64,000 nucleotides of DNA from Mobula hypostoma (taxonomy: Eukaryota): positions 49,848,001-49,912,000 of the forward strand of contig NC_086105.1 in the NCBI RefSeq assembly GCF_963921235.1. The letters run 5' to 3'. Below, piece after piece: positions 12,578-24,254 of this stretch (positions are counted from its first letter, which is position 1; each line of letters starts with the position of its first letter). A model generated the notes under the pieces. It was given only the letters and a program-made list of their open reading frames with translations. It was not told the DNA's origin and did not search any database. Made by a program: the position numbers and the translations under genes.

Positions 12578-15500
12578 ATATGACAATAAACATGACTTTA
12601 ATCTCTGCTAAATCTTTCAATTTGCTTCACGGTTGTATTTAAAAGGTCATTTGAATTAAATATTCAAACAAAGTAAACCTACTTTTCCTTCAGTTCACAA
12701 ATGTTGACAGTGTGTATAAGTATTTGCATCATAGACTGGACGCAAATTTTTTACAGAGATATCTCTGGCCAAGAGTTTTTGGCTGAAGTAAGCGATCTCT
12801 GTAGTAGCCCATGTTGTTTATTGGATTTCAGTCTTGATATCAGGTCTATTATGCTGAATCTCATAAAACATCTGTTGGAAACTGCATTTCCCACATCAAC
12901 CCTGTAATTTATGAAAAAAATCATCAGTTAGATGTGATTTGCCTCTAACATATGTTAACCTATCCACGTGTTCAAATAACTGCTAATTCCCTAATAACCC
13001 TAATTCTGACCCTTATCATTATTTTAGAAATGTTCCCATTAGTATAGCTTGATCTATAGTTATCTGATTTGTTGCTATGCCTTTGTTTTGTTAGAACAAA
13101 GTTGTGGCATTTGCAATTTTCTCAGGCACCACTCTGAACTTATGCAAGTACATCTGCAATTTCAGCAACAAAGAAAACATCACATCTGCACCAGCTTTAC
13201 AAATGTCCAATACAAACTTCAAGTGCTAACAGATCACAACAGCACTATCTGAGTGTGCAATGGCATTACCCTGCAGCAGTTTTTTTTTTGACAATAATAC
13301 GCATCTACTTGCCTCCACTATTTGCTTCCAAAGAATCGCAGACTGGGCTCTACAGCTACCTTATTGAAATAGACCCAAAAATTATGACTTGGGTGAATGT
13401 TTTGGAGATGACGACATCACTCAGAATAGAGTTGTGAGCAAAGTTGGACAGGGTTCGCTAAACACAAATGGAAAATTACTCAGAAGACTGTGAACAATTT
13501 GCCTTTGCAGCTACATGTACTGTTTTCAATGAGCCACTGATCAAAACAATGGCACCAGATCAAGTTTCCTTTTAATGGCTTGAGGGTGTTTACAAAAAAC
13601 AAATTATTCAAGATAAAATATGCACTGTAGATCATTAATGCAGCTAAACTGAACATCAAGATTCACATGACTGGAAGAAAGTTGCCCTAAAATACTTTGA
13701 CTTCTTGAAACAACAATGAGTTGGGGTGGGGGAGGAGAAAGAGGATCAACTTAGTAATTTTTACTAGTAGTGCACTGGCAAACTGCCATTGCAGGAGTAT
13801 GTGGAAGTATCAATGAAGATTGGTGTGCTTTTTGAACCCCAATGCAGTTTAACGGGTAAAGAATACTAATTTAATGAAATTTGAAATGCTTTGATACTTA
13901 TGACAATATTGAAGTACTTCTGGTCCCCCATGGAGTTATGGAACGTCAAAGTGAACAACTGTTTGTCTCCTAGAATTGAGAAAAAGCATTTGCTCTGCTC
14001 TCTCTACACTCATGACTGTGTGGCTGGGCACATCTCAAAAGCCATGTATAAATTCGCCGATGTCTTCAAAGTAAATTTACAGTATATCACCCTGAGATTA
14101 ATTTTCTTGCAGGCATTCAATACAAAATAGACACAAGGAAACAATAGAATTTCAGATACGATCAGGAGATGTATATGTCGGCTGGTTGAGTGGTGTCAAA
14201 ACAACAACCTTGCATTCAGTATCAGTCGGACCAAGAAATTGGTTGTGAACTTTAGGAAGGGAAGTTGAGAGAACACACACTTGACAATCAAGGGGTTAGC
14301 AGCGGAAAAGGTGAGGAGCTTCAAATTGCTAGGTGTCAACATCTCTGAAGTTTGTTGGGCCCAACATTTTATGCAATTATGAAGAAGGCACACCAGCAGC
14401 TATATTTCATTAGGAGTTTGTGGTGCTGATCCAGAAGTTGATCATGACCTGTTAGGGAGGTGTAACTGCTTGGGGCCTGGAGGTCGAAAGGGGTCATAAA
14501 TTCAATGCTGGTTGTAAATAGATGAGGGTAAAAGATGGTCGGGACCATTCGGTGATTAGTAAGTGGCAAATTAGCTAAACTTTGTAATCTTGCAGTGTGC
14601 AGATGGAGATCCCATTGGATTTGGGGTGGGGGAGATATTAAGTAATTACATTAAAGAGACTATGCTGGGGGAAGTCTCCAAAATAGTAGTGTTATTAAGG
14701 TTTTGTTATTCTGTTGAAGTTCAATGACAGCTGCACTCCAGAACAATGTGATATCATTTCTACATCTGGCTGACATGGAATTCTCTAATCACTATGAATA
14801 CTATTAATGTTATAGAGTAATGCAGCACTTTTATCACAACATAAAATGCCCAGAAAAACTTACAAAAGTTCTGATCAATGATGGATGACCTGAAAGGTTA
14901 AGTGTTTTTCTTTCTACAAATTGCTACCAAATCTGTTAAATCTTTCTAGCATATTTCCATATGGAACTAGTCACAACACAATCTGTTTCAAAATTAAATG
15001 TTGTTCATTAGTGTAGCTTTATAAAAATCCATGTGACTGAATTTCACATGTACCTTGTCAATTCTTTGTTATTTTCTCACTGTGGAAGCTTATTAATATC
15101 TTCCTATATATTGTTCCACTTCTATTTTATTATACACCTAAATTTGGTTTATCCACAAATTTTGAAATTGCATTTGCATTCCTAGGTCCAAATCCATTGA
15201 ATAACTGAAGATCAGCTCTATTTCCAGCACCAATTTTTGTGGAATACCACTTTGTATCTCTTGTTAATCTGAGTTATCTCCTACTCTCTACCTACTGCCT
15301 TGTACCCAACATTCAACTATCTGAGTCACAACTCTCCATTTTCTGACACTTGTGTGTCTATTATGCCATATCTTATCAAAGACTTTCTCATGGAAATCCG
15401 TCATCATAAACAAATTAATTCACCTTTCTGCCTCTTCCTCATTTCCTAATCTGGTGAATCTTTACCAGTCAGCCAAGAATAATATCTTCACAAGTGATTT

Positions 15501-16399
15501 TTGCCTGTGGAGGTAATAGAAAAATGATAATAGTTGTGGAACCCTCATGGTCAGATGATCAGTGGTGCAATCTGAAATTAAAAACAGTGACATCATTTAT
15601 TTTGAATGCTATAAATGCTGCTTAGGTACTAAAATGTCACTGATATTGTGTGGACATGAATAAGCCATGGTAGACATATTAGCGAGGATGTACACAATGA
15701 ATACTTTCCAAAAATAGCCAAACTGGTAAATCATAATCTCAATTAGTGCAAAGCTGATATATAATTACGGCCATTTTGGAGTTCATTATTCCAACTACTA
15801 TTCTTAAGTACACATTGCAGAAGAAACATACAGAATGCCTCATTTAGAATTTGCTGATTAATTTCATTTGCCAGTTCCTGGAATTCTACATAGTGCATTT
15901 GATCATTGTTGGAGTTGCAAAGTTAAATATAATGGTGGACATGGAAGGAAATTTGCAGTTATCATGTTCCTGCACAAACCACATTCTTCTAGGTTTGTGG
16001 CATTCTTTTGGAGTAAATAAATGCTAGATATGAGGCCTGATAAATAGAGGATGCTGGAAGGTGAGTGAATACGTTTCTTGAACTATGCTGTCTGATGTTG
16101 GTGCTGCTGATAACAGACATTTGAATATGCTTCCCCTTGTATGAGGCAGTTGAAAGGTAATACAGATCAAGAGGTTTCTCTGTATATGCTGCTTCACCCA
16201 CCTAGTATCATCAACATTTCCAATTTCATTTGCTATTGATAAAGCAGTTTTTCCAAATATTGAGTCTTATTCAGAGTTGGTTTCCTGAAGGGTTATGTGT
16301 TGTGCTTAGACAAGCGGTTTGTTTTCTGAATTGCAGCAATGGGCATTTCATATTGGCTACAGTGTTTTTTTGATGAGTGAGATACCTAATTTGATTGAC

Positions 16400-17680
16400 T
16401 AAATTCAAAGTAGATTTGTTAGCAAAGTACATATATGTCAGCATATACAACACTGAGATTCATTTTCTTGTGGACATACTCAATAAATCTTTACATAATA
16501 GAATCAGTGAAAGACCACACCAACTTCAGTGTTCAACCAGCGTTCAAAAGACAACAAACTGTGCATATATAAAAATAAAGAAACAATAACAATGATAAAT
16601 AAATAAATAATAAACATTGAGAACGAGATGAAGAGTCCTTGAAAGTGAGTCTGTGGGTTGTGGGAATATTTCAATGATGAGGCAAGAGAAGTTGAGTGAA
16701 CTTATCCCCTTTGGTTCAAGAGCCCTGTGGTTGAGGTTTAATAACTGTTCCTGAATGTAGCGGGTGTGAACTAACTGATTGCTTGGAGGTATTGACTTTA
16801 ATCAGCTGATAATAAATGTTTATAATATCTTGATTAGCTTGGTCTTAGAAGAAAGGATAGTGGTGGAGGGGTCTTTCTTTGTCTGGTCTGTGATCAGTGG
16901 TGTTTCTCAAGGTTCAGCGTTGGGACTTTTGTTGTTTCTGCTACATATAAATGATGTGGATTAAAATGTACAATGGCTGTTCTGATTAGTAAGTTTGCAG
17001 ATGACACAGAAATTGTTTAAGTTCTGGATACTGATGAAAAGTGTTAAAGTATACAGCAGAATATAGACCAGGTGAAAATTTAAGTGAGAAATAAGAAGTG
17101 GAGTTTAATTCAGACAAATGTCAGATGATGCATTCTGGGAGGTCAAATGGAAGAGAAAAGTATACAGTAAATGATAGAACCCTTGGGAGCATTGATTCAT
17201 AGAAGAATCTTAGGTTGCAAATCTATAGTTCCCTGAAAATGGTCACACTAGTGGATAGAGTGTTAAAGGTGTACAAGAAGGTTGTCTGGTTAGGCAGTAT
17301 AAGGAGAAGCTGGACTAACTTGGATTGTTTTCTTCTTGAGCTGAGAAATGATGTGATAGAAGTATATATAATTATGAGAGGCATAGGTAGAGTCAGAGTC
17401 TTTTTCCTAAGCTAGAGACAGGAGCCTCAAGAGGATATTGTTTTAAAGGAGATGTATGAGGCAAGATTTTTTTTTACACAGAGAATGGCAAGTGCCTGCA
17501 ACACATTGCCTAGGGAAGTGAGAGGCAACTATGACAGCAACACTAAGTAGCACTTAGACATACAAATGAATGAGTAGGGATATAAACAGGTGCAGGTTGA
17601 TAGAAGTAATGAGATTGTCACTTGTACATGGTGGGCCAAAGAACCTGTTCCTGAGCTATACTGGTCTAAATTCTATGCCT
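16400..17680. mobile_element. Rex1-like 3' end (-, ~16400-16770) followed by a decayed CR1 RT and 3' end (+, ~16850-17680)
   Basis: SGVSQGSALG and KFADDT remnants; similar to other copies in the window. Confidence 0.7.
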
Positions 17681-18639
17681 CGAGCTGAACTATACACCAG
17701 AGTTTAATTTCATAAGAATCTCTCCCTTTGTCATGTTAAACAAAAGCACTTTATAATTGATTATGTTTAGACTTGCACAACTGCCCAACTAATTAATATC
17801 CTGTAGTTTTTAGTGTTTTAGACTAGCTCTTTGATTCAGCATAAGCATTCTTCACCTTATTTATTATGGTATCACCAGTGGCTAAGAACTTAGTGCTGAC
17901 TTACAGGTGAAATTTCTCTTTTTGCCTCCCCTCAACACGTTCTCAGTCACAGAATTCTTTTAGTTTCTCACTGATTGCCATATCTATTATTGCAGCTCAA
18001 ATTGAGACAGATAGGAATCTTTCCAAATAGGAGAGTTGAGGACAGAAAAGGATAAGAATTCAGAGAAATGAATAGAAAAATAGAGAAAGTATAAATGAGA
18101 GAGATAAAAGAAGCACAGAAGAATGACAGTCCAAAGATGATAGGAAAACAATTTAGGAAAAAGGTGTAAAGTAGAATGAAAATTTGTACTGGTGGGTGTC
18201 TGTGGAAAGAGAAACAGGATCAATGTTTCAAATCCATGACAGTTCCTCAGAATTGGTAAAGACCTCCAGTTAACTTTGTTTCTCTTTCCATACGTGCTGC
18301 CAAATCTGTTTTTATTTCAGATTTCAAGCATTTGCAGTGGTTCAGATTTTCATTGAAAGCCCACGGCATCCTGAGTAAAATGGCAGAATGTGAAGAAAAA
18401 AGTAAGTTTGTGGAAAAAAGAGAGGATGAAAATGATTAAATGTTTTAGAAGAGACAAAGATAGAAAAGAAAGAGCAGAGAGATCAGGGAATAGGCAGTTT
18501 TTTTTGTGGGAGTATGGAGATGGAGAAAAATAAGATGAAAGAGGTGGAAAAAGTAAGGGTATGAAAGAAAATGGATAAAAGAAAATGCAATGGCAAATAT
18601 CAGCATGAAATATAGTTTGAAAGGATGATCTTGTTGAAT

Positions 18640-19980
18640 AGTTAGAAATTAGCAGGTATGACGTTCTGGTCATTACTAAGTCGCGGTTGAAAGAAGGTCA
18701 CAGTTGGAAGCTTAATATTCTTGGATACACATTGTGTTGAAAAGGCAGGCAGGTGAGCATAGGAGTAGGGGATCAGTCAGTAAAAAAAATTAAATCAAAT
18801 CCTTAGAAAGAAATTACTTAGAAACAGAAAGCGTAGCATCCTTGTGGATTACGAAACTGCAAGGTTAAAAAGAACCAGATTTGATTAGGGAGCTTAAGAT
18901 AAAAGGACTCTTAGGAGGCAGTGATCATAATATAATGGAATTCACTCTTGCAGTTTCAGAGGAAGAAGCTGAAATCAGATGTATCGGTGTTACAGTGGAG
19001 TGAAGGGAACTACAGAGGCATGCCAGAGAAGCTGACCAAAATTGTTTGGAAGGGATGATGGCAGAGCAACAATGGCTGGAGTTTCTGAGAGTAAATCGAA
19101 ATCCACAGGATCGGTTCATCCCAAAGAAGGAGCAGTTTTCTAATGGGAGGTTGAGGCAACTGTAGCTGACAAGGGAAGTCAAAGACAGTATAAAAGCAAA
19201 AGGGAGGGCATACAATATAGCAACAATTAGTGGGAATCTTTGAATAAACAGAAAGCAATTCAAAAAAGCAATAAGGAAAGAAAAGTTGAAATATGAAGGT
19301 AGGCCAACCAATGATATACAAGAGGATACCAAAACTTTTATTGAATATATAAAGAATAAAAGAAAGATAAGAATGGATATCAGAATGCTGGAAAATCACA
19401 CTGGAGAGGTAGTAATAGGGACAAAAAATTAACTCAATAAATATTTTTGTCAGTCTTCATCAGTATGCCAGAAAATCAAGAGTATCAGGGAGCAGAATTG
19501 AGTGCAGTCACTATTTCTAAGTAAAAGCTGCTTGGGAAACTGAAACGTCTGAAGGTAGATAAGTCACCTGGACCAAATGAACTACACTGCAGTGTTCTGA
19601 AAGTGGTAGCTGAGGAGATTGTAGAAGCATTAGTAGTAATCAAATATCACTAGATTCTAGATTTGTTCCTGAGGTCTGAAATTTACAAATGTCACTCTTT
19701 AAGAAGGGTGAGTGGCAAAAGACAGGAAATTATAAACCAGTTAACCTGACTTCAGTTGGTAAGATGTTGGAATCTATTATTAAGGATGAGGTTTCAGGGT
19801 ACTTGGTGGCACATGTTAAAACTGGCCAAAGTCAAGATTTCTTCTTGCCTGAGCAATCTGTTGGAATTACTTGAGGAAATAACAGGCAATTTAGACAAAG
19901 GAAAGTCTGTGTATGTTGTATACTTGGCTTTACAGAAGGCATTTGACAAGGTGCCACACATGAGGCTACTTAAGATAAAA
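18640..19980 (+). mobile_element. CR1 ORF2 (EN to RT), interrupted; continues at ~24155-24240
   Basis: GNYKPVNLTS and VVYLALQKAFDKVPH motifs; the CR1 sequence resumes after the inserted Rex1 element. Confidence 0.8.
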
Positions 19981-22900
19981 GTCAAAGTTCAAAGAAAATT
20001 TATTATTAAAGTACACATACAGTGCATTTAAAAAGTATTCACTCTGCTTGGAAGTTTTCATGTTTTATTGTTTTAAAACATCGAATCACAGTGGATTTAA
20101 TTTGGCTTTTTCGACACTGATCAACAGAGAAAGACACTTTTGTGTCAAAGTGAAAACAGATCTCTACAAAGTAATCTCAACTAAAACACAAAATAATAGA
20201 TTGCATAAGTATTCACCCCCCCCCCTTTTAATATGACACACCAAGTCACTATTGGTGCAGCCAACTGGTTTTAGAAGTCACATAATTAGTTAAATGGAGA
20301 TCTGTTTTTGGAGACCTGTGTGCAGTCAAGGTGTCTCAATTGATTGTAGTAAAAATATACCTGTATCTAGAAGGTCCAACTACTGGTGAGTCAATATCCT
20401 GGCAAAAACTACACCATGAAGATAAAAGAACACTTGAAGTAGCTCTGCGAAAAGGTTATTGAAAAGCACAAGTCAGGAGATGGATACAAGAAAATTTCCA
20501 AGTCACTGTTTATCCCTTAGAGTACAATTGTAAACCATCAAGAAATGGAAAGAATATGGCATAGCTGTAAATCTGCCTAGAATAGGTGTCCTCAAAAACT
20601 AAATGACCATGCAAGAAGGGGCTATTGGGGGAGGCCACCAAGAGACCTATGACAATTGTGGAGGAGTTACAAGCTTCAGTGGCTGAGATGGGTGACTGCG
20701 CATACAACAACTGTTGCCTGGGTAGTTCACCAGTTGCAGCTTTATGGAAGAGTGGTAAAGAGAAAGCCATTGTTGAAAAGAAAAACTCACATGAAATCTC
20801 GGCTCGTGTTTGCCAGAAGGCATGTGGGAAACTCTAAAGTCAGCTGGAAGAAGGTTCTATGGGCTAATGAAACCAAAATTGAGCTTTTAGGCCATCAGAC
20901 TACACACAATGTTTGGCATAAGCCAAACACTGCACATCATCAAAAAAACACCATCCCTACTGTGAAGCATGGTGGTGGCTGCATCATGCTGTGAGGATGC
21001 CTCATTGCAGCAGGCCCTGGAAGTCTTGTGAAGGTAGAGAATGAATGCCGTAAAATACAGAGAAATCCAGGAGGAAAACCCGATGTAGTCTGCAAGGGAA
21101 CTGGGACTTGGGAGAAGATTTTTCGACAACGACCCCAAGCATAAAGCCAAAGCTGCACAGGAATGGCTTAAAAACAACAAAGTTAATGTCGTGGAGTGGC
21201 CAAGGCAGAGTCCAGACCTCAATCCAATTGAGAATTTGTGGCTGGACTTGAAAAGAGCTGTTCACTCATGATCCTCATGTAATCTGACAGAACTTGAGCA
21301 GTTTTGTAAATAAGAATGGGGAAAAATTGCAGTGTCCAGATGTGCAAAGCTGATAGAGACCTACCCACACAGACTCAAGGCTGTAATTGCTGCCAAAGGT
21401 GCATCTACTAAATACTGACTTGAAGGGGTGAACACTTACTCAGTCAATTATTTTGTGTTTTATATTTGTAATTAATTTAGGTCACTTTGTAGAGATCTGT
21501 TTTCACTTTGATAGGAAAGAGCCTTTTTCTGTTGATGAATGTCAAAAAAGCTAAATTAAATCCACTGTGATTCAATGTTGTAAAACAATAAAACATGAAA
21601 TCTTCTGGGGGGGGCGGGTGAATACTTTTTATAGGCACAGTATATCACCATATACAACCCTGGGATTTATTTTCTTCTAGCCATACTCAATAAATCTGTA
21701 GAATAAAAACTATAATAGAATCAATGAAAGACTGCATCAACTTGGGCATTCAACCATTGTGCAAATACAAAAGTAAAGAAATAATAATAATAAATAAATA
21801 AGCAATAAATATTGAGAACACGAGATAGAATTTCTTTGAAAGTGAGTCTAAAGGTCGTGGAAATATTTCAGTGATCACGCAAGTGAAGTTGAGTGCAGTT
21901 ATCCCCTTTGGTTCAAGAGCCTGATGGTTGAGGGGTAATCACTGTACTTGGATCTAGTTCTGAGTCCTGAGACTCATGTACCTTCTTCCTGATGGCAGCA
22001 GTGAGAAAAGAGCACATCCTGGGTTGTGGGAGTGCCTGAATATGGATGCTGCTTCCCTGCGATGTTTTGTGCAGATGTGCTCAATGGTGGAGTGGGCTTT
22101 ACCTGTGGTGGACTATACCATAGCCACTACTTTTTGTAGGATCTTCTGTTCAAGGGCATTAGTGTTTCCATACCAAGCTGTGATGCAGCCAGTCTATATA
22201 CTCTTCACTACACATCTATAGAAGTTGGTCAAAGTTTTAGATGTCATGCTGAATCTTCGCAAACTCCTAAGGAAATAGAGGTGCTGCTGTGCTTTCTTCG
22301 TAATTGCACTAACTGGGCCCGTGGCAATTCCTCCAAATTAATAGCACTGAGGAATTTAAAGTTGCTGACCTTCTCCACCTTTGATCCTTTGAGGAGGACT
22401 GGCTCATGGACTTCTGGTTTCCTTCTCCTGAATTCAATAATTAGCTCCTGGTCTTGCTGACATTGAGTGACAGGTTGTTGTTATGGAAACATTCAGCCAG
22501 ATTTTCAATCTCCCGCCTATATGCTGATTCGTCACCACCTTTGATTTGGCTTACGAAAGTGGTATTGTCAGCAAACTTGGCAATGGATCTATGCTTAGCC
22601 ACATAGTCGTGAGTGTAAAGTGAGTAGACTGGGCGCTAAGCACACTGTCTTGTAGTACACCTGCACTGATGGAGATCGTGGAAAAGATGTTATTGACAAT
22701 CCGAACTGACAGAGTCTGCAAGTGAGGAAATGGAGGATGCAATTGCACATGGAACTATTAAGGCTGAGGTCTTGATGCTTATTTATTAGATGTGAGGGAA
22801 TGATAGTGTTAAATATGAGCTGTAGTTGATAAAGAACATCCTGATGTATGCATCTTTGCTGCCCAGATATTCATGGTTGAGTGAAGAGCCAATGAGTTGG

Positions 22901-24153
22901 CAGCTGCTGTGGACCTGTTGCTCCAGTAGGCAAATTGGAGCAGATCCAAGTCACTTCTCAGGCACGAGTTGGTATGTTTCATCACCAACTTCTCAAAATA
23001 CTTCACCACTGTGGATGTAGGTGCTACTGAACAATAGTCACTGAGGTGGGTTACCATGTTCTTCATGGGCACTGGCACACTGTAGTTCAAGCCTGCTTGA
23101 AGCAGGTGGATACCTCAGATATGGGAGGTTAAATATGTCAGTGAACACTCCATCCAGTTGATCAGCACAGGTTTTCTGTATTTTTTCCAGGTACCCTGTC
23201 TGGGCTGGATGCTTCTCATGGGTTCACCCTCCTGAAGGCCGCTCACATGTGGGCTTCAGACAGTGAAATCTCAGAATCATCAGGGGCTGTTGTAGTTTGT
23301 GCTGGTTCCTTCATGTTTTGACAGTCAAAACAAGCATAGAAGGCATTGAGCTAATCTGGAAGCAAAACCCTGTTGTCATCAATGTCGCTTGATTTATCTT
23401 TGTAACAGCAACCTCCAGAGATCGTACCTGGACCTCTTGTAACTTTCTTGGTCACCAGACTTGGAGAGGGCATCATGCAGTATTTCAAGTGCTTGATTAT
23501 AGTCGGCCACTGGTGGTATGTAAACTGTGGTTAATATTATGGAGAAGAACTTGCTAGGTAAATAGAATGGACGGCATATGACCATTATGTGTTCAAGGTC
23601 AGGGGAACATGAGTTCAACAAAACTGACACATCAGAAAATCGTTGAGAGTTTACCGTGAAACACATGCCTTCACCTTTTGCCTTTTCTGAATCAGCAGTT
23701 TGATCCGTTTGGTAAATTGAGAAGCCTTCAGGTCTGACTGCTGTATCTGGCGTGCTGGGAGAAAGCCATGTCACACTCAGATATAGAACGCAACAAAATT
23801 TCATTTCCCTCAGATACAGCAATCTTGCCCTCAGGTCATCAATTTAATTTTCCAGTGACTGCGCATTTGCTAACAAGATGCTGAGTAGAGAAACCCTCAT
23901 GCTTCTGAGTTTCAGCCTGGCTTGGAGGCCTCCCCCATTCCTGCCTCACTTCCAGCAATGGTAATGAACCTGCATGGTCTGTCGAGTCCTTCAAAAGATC
24001 ATGAAATCTGTAGATCATCAAGTTGATATAGAAGTAAATTTCTTAAAGGGAAATTACTTGCTGCAGATGCAGTGCAAATAATTCAAAAGAGGTCCCTGAA
24101 GAAGTATTGTATGTAGGCTGCAGAACATTGCGGTGTTTCACCAGCGCCATCTT
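19981..24153 (-). mobile_element. Rex1/Babar-like LINE with both ends present, an internal deletion and a Tc1 insertion
   Basis: 5' end AAGATGGCG; APE endonuclease (CCVLYLSVTWL...CRPFYLP...TTVYIPP); RT (LQFAY..NRST); 3' AATAAA plus tttgaactttgac tail. Confidence 0.85.
20020..21640 (+). mobile_element. Full-length (1621 bp) IR/DR Tc1 transposon with pseudogenised transposase (20416-21418)
   Basis: TA duplications at 20018-20019 and 21641-21642; ~200-bp inverted repeats with inner and outer AAGTATTCAC direct repeats; catalytic-region remnants NETK, DNDPKH and [11 protein letters not shown]; stops and frameshifts present. Confidence 0.95.
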
Positions 24154-24254
24154 GCATCATATTACTGGAAATATACTAGTACTGACAGAAGATTGACTGA
24201 CAAGAGGAAAAGAGTGGGAATAAATGGGGCCTTTTCTAGTTTTACTTTTTAAAT

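Noticed and set aside
17990-18620. Hydrophobic or Lys-rich ORFs
   Set aside because: Artefacts of GA-rich low-complexity sequence
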